IMG/VR virus record: IMGVR_UViG_3300045000_000115
Location: 1-43,717 of that record
DNA length: 43,717 bases
Direction: 5' to 3' (one strand)
Source: a virus
Lineage: Duplodnaviria; Caudoviricetes
Below, piece by piece: positions 23,663 to 34,100 of this stretch; position 1 is the stretch's first letter; every line of letters starts with the position of its first letter. The notes under the pieces were generated by a model that was not told where the DNA came from, ran no database searches, and saw nothing but the letters and a program-made list of their open reading frames with translations. A program made the position numbers and the translations under genes.

Positions 23663-24784
23663 TCACGCTGCCCGAGCGAGCAGCCGGGGGACGGTCCCTG
23701 TGGATGTGGGCGAGGCGTTGAAGTTGGCCGGCAATGCTCCGGTGACGCCGGTCTCGCTGTAGCCGATGACGGTCCCGGCGGCGACCGGCAGGGACGAGCC
23801 GGTGCGAATCGGGATCGGTGGACTCCAGTTGCTGGCAGTGCGCACCGACGGCTGGGTGGTCGGCGCGGACTGCACGGCGGCGCCGAACCACCAAATGCCC
23901 GGCGCGAGGGTGAGCGCGACGGTCAGCTCCTGCACCGTTGCCGAGTCGCCGTTGATCTGCCCGGCGTCCAGCACCAGCGCGCCCGGCAGGCCTGCCCCGG
24001 TGTCCGCGTAGACGCCGAGGCGCAGCTTCGACCCGGCCTCGCCGGCGGTGCCGATGTCGGCGCCGAGCCGGTCCCAGCTCGTCGTGCGGGTGATCACGCG
24101 CGGCGCCAGCCGGAGCGTGCCGTTGCCGAGGCTGCCGGAGGTGCCGGCAGCGGCCGTGCTGGTGAGGTAGTGGTACTGGCCGGCGGCGACGGCCGGCGCG
24201 ACGTCGAGGTCGGTGCGCAGCTGGACGATCGTGCGGCTGGTCCAGGCCCCGGCCTTGCGCTGGATGAGGTCGTCGTTGCCCGGTGTCAGCGCGGCGATCG
24301 CGGTCAGGTCGCCGTCGACGGGCTGAGCGCCGACGTCGCCGGCGTCGAGCACCACGGCCGGGCCGACGTCGCCGTTGACCGTGGCGATCGCTCCCGGCGG
24401 CCCCTGGATGCCCTGTGGCCCTTGCGGTCCGGTGATCGGGTACGTCACTACGGGGGGCACGGTGGCCGGGGTCAGGGTGGACAGGTCGACCGTTCCGCCC
24501 GGCGCGTCGTAGGGGATGACGACGTAGTAGATGCGGATCGGCTGCCCGTCGATCTGCTCGCGCACCTCGTAGCTGACCCCTGGCGGCGTGGTGCCTGGGT
24601 CGTTGTTGGCCGCGATCACGATGTTGAGGTCGCCCTCAGCGTCGAGCGGCTTGGAGCGGCCGGCCGCGACCACGGTGTCGCCGTTCGTCATGGGCGCAGA
24701 CGGCGTGAACCGCAGGGTGCCGATCGCGGGCGTGAGTTCCGCGGTCTTGTAGGGGCGGGTGACGGTGATCTGGGTGAAGCTCAT
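23663..24784 (-). CDS. Minor tail / fiber protein with short collagen repeat
   Basis: GPQGPQGIQGPPG; VNG..G.VVL.A.DVGA; position in the tail module. Confidence 0.8.
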   Translation of the reverse strand: MSFTQITVTRPYKTAELTPAIGTLRFTPSAPMTNGDTVVAAGRSKPLDAEGDLNIVIAANNDPGTTPPGVSYEVREQIDGQPIRIYYVVIPYDAPGGTVDLSTLTPATVPPVVTYPITGPQGPQGIQGPPGAIATVNGDVGPAVVLDAGDVGAQPVDGDLTAIAALTPGNDDLIQRKAGAWTSRTIVQLRTDLDVAPAVAAGQYHYLTSTAAAGTSGSLGNGTLRLAPRVITRTTSWDRLGADIGTAGEAGSKLRLGVYADTGAGLPGALVLDAGQINGDSATVQELTVALTLAPGIWWFGAAVQSAPTTQPSVRTASNWSPPIPIRTGSSLPVAAGTVIGYSETGVTGALPANFNASPTSTGTVPRLLARAA

Positions 24785-24788
24785 TTCC

Positions 24789-25481
24789 TCACCCGACCAA
24801 CGCGAAGTTGATCCGGACCCAGCCGCCCGACGCGTGCGGTTCGAGCAGCCGCGCGCCGCCGGTGCTCTGGTAGAGGTTCACGAACACGACTGCGCCGCTC
24901 GCGAAGCTCTTGGCCACGCCGAAGTTGTTGGTGACCGGGTTGCCTGACGGGGGCGACTGCCCCTGACCCGCCAGCGGAGAGCCCTCGGAGGCGCCTGTGT
25001 GGAGGCCCGCGTAGCGCTCGCCGGTCACTGCGGCGCTGGCGTATCGCGTGGTTCCGGTGATCACCCAGATGCCCGACGCGCCGAGGGTGAACTGGTGCCC
25101 GGCGCCCCGGCTGGCCCGAGTGACGAGCGCCGACGAAGTGTCGGTTGTGCCGAACGCGCACGTAGCGTTCGCGGCGTTGGGGACGCTCTGCGCGGACGCC
25201 GCGGAGAACTGCGCATGCGCCGTCGTCCCTCCACCTCCGCCGCCCGCCGGCGCGACGACCGTGTTCCAGCTGTCGCCGTCCCAGATCAGGATGAGGCTGG
25301 TGTCGGTTTCGAAGATGAGCATGCCGAGCGGGGGGCTGGCGGGCCGCGCGGTGGACAGGCACGGGAACGCGCGGGCCAGCTGTCCCTCGACGTCGGACGC
25401 GAGCTCCTGCATGTCCACCGGCACGTTGGGGGCGTCGGACTGGGCCGGGTAGCGCAGGGCGAAGCGGGGAGTCGTCGGCAT
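24789..25481 (-). CDS. Minor tail protein
   Basis: TPRFALRYP...D.P; GMLIFETDT...WDG.SW fiber motif. Confidence 0.8.
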   Translation of the reverse strand: MPTTPRFALRYPAQSDAPNVPVDMQELASDVEGQLARAFPCLSTARPASPPLGMLIFETDTSLILIWDGDSWNTVVAPAGGGGGGTTAHAQFSAASAQSVPNAANATCAFGTTDTSSALVTRASRGAGHQFTLGASGIWVITGTTRYASAAVTGERYAGLHTGASEGSPLAGQGQSPPSGNPVTNNFGVAKSFASGAVVFVNLYQSTGGARLLEPHASGGWVRINFALVG

Positions 25482-25491
25482 GCTCGGTCTC

Positions 25492-25740
25492 CTAGGTGGC
25501 CTGGTGGATGCGGCCGAGGATGATCGGGCCGGCCGGGGTGTTGGCGAGCAGCACGCGGCCGGTGGTGATCGCGGCCGGGTTGATGACGGGCAGGTTCGTG
25601 TAGGTGACCGTCCCGCCGATGACCACGGTGTTCGCGAAGGTCACGGCGTCCCAGGTGGTGAGGGTGGCGCCCATCAGCAGCTGCGTCCCGGTGCCGGCTT
25701 GGCGGCCGAGGAACAGACGGGCCAGCTCGTTGTAGGTCAT
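25492..25740 (-). CDS. Small minor tail protein
   Basis: MTYNELARLF...IILGRI; typical small gene after the tail hub. Confidence 0.7.
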   Translation of the reverse strand: MTYNELARLFLGRQAGTGTQLLMGATLTTWDAVTFANTVVIGGTVTYTNLPVINPAAITTGRVLLANTPAGPIILGRIHQAT

Positions 25741-25741
25741 G

Positions 25742-28384
25742 TCAGGCCGGCCGGTTGTAGATACGAACCCACTGGTGATCCATTTTTGCGGGAGCCATTC
25801 CCGATCCGAAGAAATTGTCAAGCTGCGTTGTTAAGTGCATAGTGTCCGGCGACAGAATGCGGCTGTCCGTGTAGCGCCAGCGCTGGACGCCATCAATCCA
25901 ACCGGTCAATGCGTTCCGTGACCACTCGAATGCGTAGTTGTGCCAGTTCTGAATGTCCAGCGGGAACGTGCCGCCCTCCTGCACCTTGGGCTTCTCGGTC
26001 GGGTAGTGCAAGAACCAACCCGCTTTGCCTGAATCGCAGTTGGTTTCTAGAAAATCATATTCACCTCCGGCCACCCGCCCCATTGACGTCGGCCAGGTGA
26101 TGAGTACCGGGTGGTACCTGTTTCCACCCCCGGCCGGGTTTATCGAGTAGGTGCGCATCCGGATCTCGACGCGGATGTATTTGGTCTCGTGCTTGAACCG
26201 CATCCCGCCGGTGGTGCCGCCCGCGTCGCCGTAGCAGGTCATGACCCCGTTGGCGACGCTGTACGCCGAGGGTCGACGCAGGCCGTTCCCGGAGTGACCG
26301 ATGCCGTTGTACATCGACCACTTGTCGCTGCTCGGCGGGCCCGTGTACGCGAATTCGTCGCCATCGACGACCGGCCCCCAGCCGAGCAGCACGGCGGCCT
26401 GGGTGCCGTCGTTCGGGTCCCCGCCAGGGCCGGGCCCCGGGCCCGGTCCGGGTCCGGGACCGGGTGTGGAGTAGACGGGAGGCGTCGGAGCGGGGTAGCC
26501 GGTGTGCCAGGCGACGAGGCCTTTCAGTTCGACTGCGAAGTACTGCGACGAGTCGCCGCCTTCGGTCGAGCTGTTCGACTGCGCGTAGCACCCTGCCTTG
26601 AAGTAGCACCCGCTGTTGGTGATGGTGCCGGTCAGCTTGGTCTGGCCGCCGATCTTGACTGTGAGTGCGCCATTTACCACCTCGATTCGCCAGCTGATCG
26701 GCGTGCCCACCACGTAGGAGGGCAGCAGGGTGGTGCGCACATCGTTGAGTCGAGCGACCAGCTGCAGGGTGCCCGACACAACCTCGGTCTGGATGCGCAG
26801 GACATCGTCGGAGGCGTCGTGGATCTGCGCGATGCAGACCCACGGCTTGGTCGCCGCCACGCGGGTGACGGTGGACGTACCTTCCATGTAGTGCGTGCCC
26901 GTGCCCGCAGACCAGGCGGCGTGCGTGGTGCCGTTCTGCTGGAATTCGCGCAGCTCCGAGCGTGGGTAGGTGCTGCCGGGTGTGGTCCGCGCGTTGACCT
27001 GCACCCGGAACTGCACTGCGCGCTTATCGGGCGTCAAGACGAACTGAGGTGTCTCCGTGTAGCCCCCCGCGATGTCGGCCTGCGAGTGGTCGGTGTGGGC
27101 GCTGGAACCGCCGATGCCGACGTTGAAATGGTTCTGCCCCCCGGCCGCGCCAATCCACAGCAGCTCCCCGGGGTTCGCCGGCAGATCGTCGCTGGGCTCG
27201 GGGTCGGGCGTCGGGGTCGGATCCGGCTGCGTCTCGACGACGCCGGCCGGGTTCGCGGTGCGCGTCACGATCTCCACTGGCGAGTCACCCGCCAGCGGGA
27301 TCGCCACCTCGTCGATCAGGTGCGTCTCGTCCTGCGCGCCCAGCCGGGCCGTGACGACGTCGAGCGGGCGCAGTGCTGGGTTGGGCACCGCGAACAGACC
27401 CAAGTTCGACGGCAGGCCCGTGGAGCGGGCCAGGACGGTCTCCGCGGCCGCGAGCGCTGCTGCGTCGGTGCGCAGGACTGGGGAGGCGTAGTAGCGCGGC
27501 GCGGCGCCGAACCGGCCCGACCAGAACAAGGGGCTATTGCGGTCGTTGTTGTAGGCCAGCTGGTACCCGGTCGGCGCGGCGGGATCGCTGCCGTACGCGC
27601 TGACGATGTTCCAGACGCCGTCCCGGGTGACCTTGCGGCTAGCGCGGATCAGGGTGCCGGTGCGACCCGGCAGGATCGCGTAGACCGCGGGGGCGGCCGG
27701 GTTCCGGTCCCGCGGCTCGATCCGCAGCTGGCCGAGCTCGTCGAAGCGCAGCACGCACCCGCGCCCATCGGCCAGCTTCGCGAGGAACGCATATGTCGAG
27801 TCCTCGACGACCTGCCCGCCGGGGACCGTGGCCTCGTCGGGGTCGTAGCCGGTCCAGGTGATCGGCACGATCGTGCTGATGAACATCCCGTAGCCCGCGG
27901 TGGAGACCGCCGACGTGGGAGTCAGGCGGCCGTTCACGAGCCGCTCGAAGATCGTGCGGTGCGTCGTGCCAGCGGGCACCTGGTAGGGGAAGAGCACCCG
28001 GTTCTGCTGCATCTGCGCGATCCGGTCGGGTGCACCGATCCGGATCGGGCCGTGAGGCGCGTCGGGCTGGTCGAGATCGTCGATGCGGTAGTAGCCGAGG
28101 GGCACGTACTCCCTGGTGCCGTCCCCGAAATCGATGCCGCGCTCGGCGAACAGCTCGGCGCCGTAGGGCTGCACCTCGGCCCAGTAGTCGCCGGGCACGG
28201 TGATCGCGACAGTGCCCTTGATGTCGGCGACCGCGTTGAGCGTGACGTCGCCGTCGAGGATCGGCAGCTCGGTCCCACCTGTCGGTGCCGGACCGAACTG
28301 TGTGGTGGTGAGCACCCGCACACGGGAGACGGCCCGGTGACTCCCGGTGATGGTCTCGAGGAAACGAGCGGAGACGGGGTACAT
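25742..28384 (-). CDS. Tail hub protein (DUF5047-like) fused to PL7 alginate-lyase-like and GH16 domains
   Basis: MYPVSARFL..I..SH N-terminus; RSELRE/QIH/YFKAGCYAQ; EYDFLE with WHNYAFEW. Confidence 0.85.
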   Translation of the reverse strand: MYPVSARFLETITGSHRAVSRVRVLTTTQFGPAPTGGTELPILDGDVTLNAVADIKGTVAITVPGDYWAEVQPYGAELFAERGIDFGDGTREYVPLGYYRIDDLDQPDAPHGPIRIGAPDRIAQMQQNRVLFPYQVPAGTTHRTIFERLVNGRLTPTSAVSTAGYGMFISTIVPITWTGYDPDEATVPGGQVVEDSTYAFLAKLADGRGCVLRFDELGQLRIEPRDRNPAAPAVYAILPGRTGTLIRASRKVTRDGVWNIVSAYGSDPAAPTGYQLAYNNDRNSPLFWSGRFGAAPRYYASPVLRTDAAALAAAETVLARSTGLPSNLGLFAVPNPALRPLDVVTARLGAQDETHLIDEVAIPLAGDSPVEIVTRTANPAGVVETQPDPTPTPDPEPSDDLPANPGELLWIGAAGGQNHFNVGIGGSSAHTDHSQADIAGGYTETPQFVLTPDKRAVQFRVQVNARTTPGSTYPRSELREFQQNGTTHAAWSAGTGTHYMEGTSTVTRVAATKPWVCIAQIHDASDDVLRIQTEVVSGTLQLVARLNDVRTTLLPSYVVGTPISWRIEVVNGALTVKIGGQTKLTGTITNSGCYFKAGCYAQSNSSTEGGDSSQYFAVELKGLVAWHTGYPAPTPPVYSTPGPGPGPGPGPGPGGDPNDGTQAAVLLGWGPVVDGDEFAYTGPPSSDKWSMYNGIGHSGNGLRRPSAYSVANGVMTCYGDAGGTTGGMRFKHETKYIRVEIRMRTYSINPAGGGNRYHPVLITWPTSMGRVAGGEYDFLETNCDSGKAGWFLHYPTEKPKVQEGGTFPLDIQNWHNYAFEWSRNALTGWIDGVQRWRYTDSRILSPDTMHLTTQLDNFFGSGMAPAKMDHQWVRIYNRPA

Positions 28385-30501
28385 CAGGAGGCCACATCCC
28401 GGTAGGTGTCGTAGGCGTCGAGCAGCTCCTGATAGGTCACGAACTGGTCGAGCACGGTCTGATAGGTCGACCCGGCAGGGACGACGGACGGGGGCGGGGC
28501 GGCCACCTCGATCAGCGGGATGGTCCAGCGGGCGGCAACCGAACGCATCGACGGCCGCTCGTAGGAGTAGTTGCCGACAACGGCATAGAGCGACGGCAGC
28601 GCGGTCGTGACCGGGGTGTGCAGGAAGATCGCCATGCCCAGCGACAGCGCCTCGTCGAGCGCCGCGGTCTCTTCCAGGTCGGCAGTCCGGACCGAGATGG
28701 GGACCCGCCGGGAGCCGTGGACATCGGTCACGACGACCGGTTCGGAGCGGCCGACCACGTCGTAGGCCACGTTGCGGGACGGCCGGCTGATCTCGCCCCA
28801 CCCGGTCAGCTTGAGCTTGCGGTTCAGGACGGGCATCGCGATGAACTTGAGCCACACGTGTGTGAGCGGGTCGGCCGGGCGGGTCACGGTGGCCTCGGCG
28901 ACGACGACATCCGGCTGGTTCTCGTCCGAGCTCAACGCGATGACCTTGTAGACCATGGCTGCGCCGGCCACGAACTCGTAGTCGTCGACGGGCCGAAGGA
29001 AGCGCCCGTCGGCGACTGTGACCTGCCCGCCGCGGACCAGGATGTACCGGGCCGTGGATACCGGCCGGGCGTACACCTCCGCCCGGATCGCCGTTACCGG
29101 CAGGCCGAGCGCGTCGACGCGGATCCGGCCGCGCTCATCGTCGTAGGCGAGAGCCAGGATCAGCGCCGATTCACTGAAGGCGAACTCGTCGACGGCCCCG
29201 CCGGTGGCGACTACCGCGGCGGACTCGGCGAAGCGCAGCGTGTCGCCGCCAACCGGGCCCGGCGCGGTGGCCACCATCGATCCGGAGTCGGCCACCGTGA
29301 ACGCGTCCGAGCCGGTGAGCAGGTAGGAGGCCGAGTTGCCCGGCGTCCCCGCCCAGCTCGCACCCGCCGTGTCACCGTCGAAGTAGGGCCGTCCGGTTTC
29401 GGTGGTCTGCTCGGTCAGCGCCGCGGTCACCTCGGCGGCGCCGTCCAGCCCGTTGAGCACGATCAGCCCGCGGGTCGCGCCGGATGGGCAGACCACCGGG
29501 CCGACCTCCGGGCGCAACACGGCCCCGGCCGCTGCAGTCCACGGGACGCCATCACCGGAGCCGGTGACGAAGACGCCGGCGGCGTCGTACCAATCGATCG
29601 AGATCGTGGCCGTTTGCGCGGCGACCGCGTGCACCTCCACCGATCCGACGTACGGGGCGCCTGCGACCGCCACGAACTTGGGCGTGATGACGTCACCGGC
29701 CGCGATGCCGGCGAAACCGGTCGTGCGCTCCAGACTGGTGACGGAGGTTGAGCGCGCCCATCCGGACGGGCCGAACCATCCGGTCGCGGATGTCCCGCAG
29801 GCGGGCCGCGGCTGCAGGTTGATCCGCGTCCCGGCCGTCGCTGCGCGACCGAGCACGACGACGCCACCGGCCATCTGGTCAGCGGTGGCGCCGCCGCGAG
29901 TGAGTGTGGTCTCAGTGGTCGCACCGGAGCTGACAGGCGCAGACGCAACCCACAGGCCGGCCTCGCTGCCGCCGTTGCCCGGCGCCTGCTCCGAGACGTA
30001 GCCGCCGGTGTAGGTCGGGGTGCCTGCGGTCAACACCGAGTCCACAGCGAACGCCGCGATGGCGCGTCCGTCGCCGGCCGCTGCACTGGTGGTGCCCGAC
30101 GACCAGGCGGTGACGGTGGATTCGTCGCTCGCGTGCACGGCCAACGCGCGCAGATGCCAGACCCCGGCGCCGATCTGCTCGTACTCGCCGAGCCACCACT
30201 GCCCGCCGGCGGCGTTGGCCCCGACGGCGAACGTGACGATCTGCTCGCCACCCTCGGCCGGCTTCCAGGCGATCGACAGCGACACCGACGTCGACCGGGC
30301 GGCGACGGGCACGTGCCATCCGCCCAGCCCTGCGCCGTCGTCGGTCACCGTCAGCGCACCGCTGTTCTTGTCCCCGCCGCCGCACAGCACCAGCACGTTG
30401 CCCGGGGTGGCCGGCACGGGCAACGTGATGGTGTTGGTGAGCACTCCGGCGGCCAGGAAGCGAGTCGCCTCCTGGCCGGCCTTCAGCGTCGGGAACACCA
30501 T
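28384..30501 (-). CDS. Minor tail protein (C-terminal distal-tail-like domain, N-terminal beta domains)
   Basis: 705 aa, downstream of TMP; DYEF..G...Y, VWLK, GRSEPVVVTD. Confidence 0.8.
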   Translation of the reverse strand: MVFPTLKAGQEATRFLAAGVLTNTITLPVPATPGNVLVLCGGGDKNSGALTVTDDGAGLGGWHVPVAARSTSVSLSIAWKPAEGGEQIVTFAVGANAAGGQWWLGEYEQIGAGVWHLRALAVHASDESTVTAWSSGTTSAAAGDGRAIAAFAVDSVLTAGTPTYTGGYVSEQAPGNGGSEAGLWVASAPVSSGATTETTLTRGGATADQMAGGVVVLGRAATAGTRINLQPRPACGTSATGWFGPSGWARSTSVTSLERTTGFAGIAAGDVITPKFVAVAGAPYVGSVEVHAVAAQTATISIDWYDAAGVFVTGSGDGVPWTAAAGAVLRPEVGPVVCPSGATRGLIVLNGLDGAAEVTAALTEQTTETGRPYFDGDTAGASWAGTPGNSASYLLTGSDAFTVADSGSMVATAPGPVGGDTLRFAESAAVVATGGAVDEFAFSESALILALAYDDERGRIRVDALGLPVTAIRAEVYARPVSTARYILVRGGQVTVADGRFLRPVDDYEFVAGAAMVYKVIALSSDENQPDVVVAEATVTRPADPLTHVWLKFIAMPVLNRKLKLTGWGEISRPSRNVAYDVVGRSEPVVVTDVHGSRRVPISVRTADLEETAALDEALSLGMAIFLHTPVTTALPSLYAVVGNYSYERPSMRSVAARWTIPLIEVAAPPPSVVPAGSTYQTVLDQFVTYQELLDAYDTYRDVAS

Positions 30502-30510
30502 GGTCTGGGG

Positions 30511-31143
30511 TCAGCTCACGGTGCAGGTGATGGTGAGGGTCCACTGCAGCGAGGACGTTTTCGTGCCGAAGCTCTGCAGGAACCGGTTGAGCAGGGTGGC
30601 GCCGGCCGCTGCGTTCGCCACCCCGGCCTCGAGCCAGTCGAAGTTGGCGTCCGCGACCAGGAAGGTGGCGACCAGTTGGAGTGTGTTCGATGCGACGATG
30701 GGCGCCGCGTCGACGACCTTGCGGAACTTCGATGCGCCCTGCAGGTCGGTCTGCCCGACGACCGGGGTGGTGGTGCCGTTGCCAACGCACAGATGCGCGT
30801 TGGTGGCGTCGAACGCCGTGACGCCAGTGCCGGTCAAACGCGTTAGCAGCGCCGTCGCACCCGCGGTCAGCAGGAGGTTCGGGTCGCTCTCGACCGTCTC
30901 GTACGGGGTGGCGCGGGCCAGGTCGTCGTCAGCGTAGAACTTGTCGACGCGGGCCCTGCCCTCCCACACCACCGCGCCAGCGGCGCGGGCCAGGGCGAGT
31001 GCGTCCACCTTGCTCAGCCCCGCGGTGTCCAGCTCGGTGGCTGCGCCGCCTGCGCGGGCCAGCGCCAGCGCATCGGCCTTGCTCAGCCCGGTGGTGTCGA
31101 CGAGCTGCGCCGACTCGCCGAACGTGACCCGGTCGATCGTCAT
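30511..31143 (-). CDS. Minor tail protein with 23-aa internal duplication
   Basis: NLLLTAG...VGNG...ANFDW.EAG...LLNR...GTK; DTxGLSKxDALALARA x2. Confidence 0.75.
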   Translation of the reverse strand: MTIDRVTFGESAQLVDTTGLSKADALALARAGGAATELDTAGLSKVDALALARAAGAVVWEGRARVDKFYADDDLARATPYETVESDPNLLLTAGATALLTRLTGTGVTAFDATNAHLCVGNGTTTPVVGQTDLQGASKFRKVVDAAPIVASNTLQLVATFLVADANFDWLEAGVANAAAGATLLNRFLQSFGTKTSSLQWTLTITCTVS

Positions 31144-31159
31144 CCCGTTCTCCTGATCA

Positions 31160-34100
31160 TCAGTAGGTCACGCCTGCCCCGACGCGGACACCGCGAGCGG
31201 TCTGTCGGTTGGCGGTGTCGATCTCGCGGCGCACGGTGGCCCGGATCGGCTCGCCGTCGAGGATCACGGTCACGTAGGTGTCGCCGGTGGCCATCGCGGT
31301 CGGCGCAGGGGTAGCCACTGCGGAACCGCCCAGGAGGCCCCCAGAGGCCATCTGCATGTATCGGCGGGGCATCAGGGCGAAACCGCGCCGGCGCGCCCAC
31401 TCAGCCCCGATAGAGAGGGACCGGAGTGATTCGTCGTCCGGGATGTAGAACTCGTCACCCCTGAGGCGGTCACCGATGATCCGCCAGGTGTTCGGCGGAA
31501 CCACCTGAGCGATGCCGCCGCGCATGGGCGACAGGTGGCCACCGGATGCCATCGGCCTAAGCAGACCGCCGAGTGCCTGTTGCTGGACCGGCCGTGTTCC
31601 ACCACCGTTGGACGGCAGCGAGTTCGTGACGAAGTAGGTGACGTTGATCCGCGTGTTCCGCGTCCGGGCCGCGTGATCGATCGCAGCGTTGGCCGCGGCG
31701 GTGTTCGCGTCGACCTGAATCCGGGCGGTCTGCCCGTTGCCGTAGGTGACAACCCCATCAACCTTGCCGGTGGCCGGGTTCGGGTTGCCATCGAGTGTGA
31801 TCGTCGCGGTCTGCCCGTTGCCGTACTGGACCGTCCCATTGATCTTCCCGGTGGCGGGGTCCGGCAGGGCGTCGAGCATCATCGTGGCGATCGACCCGTT
31901 GCCGAGCTGCACCGTGGACGTGATCTTCCCGGTGGCGGGGTCCGGATTGGCGTCCACCTGGACGACGGTGATCAGGCCCAGCCCGTAGGCGACGAGCTCG
32001 TCGAGCTTGCCGCGGGCGGCGTCGGTCTGCGCCTCGACGAGCACCTGCCCGTTGGGTAGCTCCGTGACCTTGAAACCGAGTTCCTCGAGTCGAGCGCGAG
32101 CCTCATCGGTGAGCGCGTTCACGGTGATGCTCTTCGCGTCCGGGACGAGCCCGAACTGGGCGTTGAGCTCCTGCAACTCGGCCGCCACGCCGGCGGCATT
32201 GGTCTCGAAGCGGGTCTCGGCAACCGCAGGGATGAGCCCGATCTGATCAGCCAACCGGTTCGCTTCATCAGCCGTCAGCCCTGCGGCCGTCGCCGAGGCG
32301 ATGAAGCTGGAGCGCGACTCCTCCATCGAGCGCCGGGCCGCTTCGGCCCCTGCGCTGACGCCGCCGAACTGGGCGGCCGACTTCGCCGCAGCCTCTGCCG
32401 CCACCTCCGCCGCCCCGCCCAGGTCGGTGAACGCCGCGACCATCGGCGGGAGGGGTGCGGCTCCGTCCTTGAGCCCGAGTAGCCCGGCCTTGACCGTCTC
32501 CAAGATCGTGTGGAAGTTGTTGCTGACCTCGGCGGCCTGGCGGGTCTGCTCCTGCGCCTCGGTGAGCACGGAGTTGTACTCGCCGAGCGCCGAACCCAGC
32601 TCCCCGACGGGGCCAACGGCTCTGGCGAGATCCTGCCGCCACAGTTCGATCCCGGATCCGGACGCTCCGACTTTCGTGGTGAGCTCGTCGAAGGCGCCGC
32701 CGTTGCCGATCGCCGCGGCGGTGAAGGTGTCGAAGGAGACGCCGGCCTCGTCGAGCCGGGGCTTCCACCTGGCGTAGAGCTCCTGCAGCCCGGGGGTGCG
32801 CTGCGCGGCCGTGAACAGCTGGCTGTTGACCTCTGCGAGGGCCTCGGCGTTGCCACTGGCGGCGTTGGTGTAGTCGACGAAGGTGATCCCGGCGTGGCGC
32901 AACGCCTTCGCGAACGTCGTGGTGCCGTCGGTCAGCTTGCGCTCGGCGATGTCCTTCGAGGTCTCAGCGACGGTCGCCGCAGTGACCGCGCCCGTGTACT
33001 CGTCGAGGGTGCCCTTCAGGGTGGCGATCGCTCCGTCGTGGGCGCGGGCTGCCGCCGCTGCGTCGTTCTGCCGCTGAGTGAACACGTACACCGCGGCGGC
33101 CGCGATGCCGACAGCGATGCCCACCGGCCCCGCGGCAGCCCCCAGACCACCGATCGCGGTCGCCGCGCCGCCGACCCACCCGGCCACCGACTGGATGATC
33201 GACAGCGCCTTGAAGCCGAGCACCAGCCCCGCCAGGATCGGCACGACGGTGCCGATCACGTCACGGTTCTCGGAGAGGAACCGGGCGAGGTCTTGGACCA
33301 TGGGGCCCACGGTCTGGATGGCGTCGACCAGGATCACTCCCAGGACACGGGCGAACTCCTGCGCTGCTGGAGCGGACTCGACGATCACCGGGCCGAGCTC
33401 GCGCAGGGCCGCCATGAGCACGGTCCGGGCCACGTCGGCGGTGACCCGCAGCGTCTCGCCGAGCGCCTGCAGCGCCCCCTGCCCTTCGGCCGTGTTGAGG
33501 AAGTCCTCGAGCGCCTGCGTGGTCTCGACCAGGCCGTCAGCGAAGTTGCCCTGGTCGTCGGTGATGCCGTCGAAGATCGTGCCGAGGATGCCGCCGACGT
33601 TCCCGGCCACGTCGCCCCACGCGCGCAGCTCGCCCTTGCCCTCGCGGATCAGCTCGGTGATCCGGCCGGACTTGGCGGCCTCGGTAGCCCAGTCCCGGAA
33701 GCGTGCGGTGACGTCCGTGACGGAGGCACCGAACCCGCGGAACTCGGCGGTGCCCTGCCCGCCGATGGCCAGCACGCCCGTGAGGACGTTGCCGAGCGCC
33801 GGGCGCAGATCGCCGACGATGCCGCGGGTGTCGCCGAGGACGGAGTTCACCGCGGTGACCGAGGCCGGGGCCATCAACGCGCGGACAGCCTCGCGGCCCA
33901 TCAGGTTGAACTCGCCGGAAATCCCGGCCAGCTGCGGGCGCAGGACCGGCAGGTACGTGCCGCCGAGCTGGCGGGCGTCGTCGGCGAACCCGGCGAAGAA
34001 GCGCTGCTGCACCTCCTGCCGCAGCGCCACGACCTCGGGCCGCAGCCCGCGCAAGGCGGTCGCGGTCTCGATCGCGGCCGGGGCCATCTCCTTGGTGGCC

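Noticed and set aside
25742-26160. Diversity-generating retroelement variable region at the tail gene 3' end
   Set aside because: No second (template) copy and no reverse transcriptase were found in the window; the composition shift fits horizontal exchange better
26428-26465. CCGGG(C/T/A) hexamer run as a regulatory repeat
   Set aside because: It encodes the (PG)n hinge between the two enzyme domains
31162-31172. Further GTAGGTCA copies (31163, 25732) as late promoters
   Set aside because: Explained by common codons (ACC TAC); the rest of the composite element is missing
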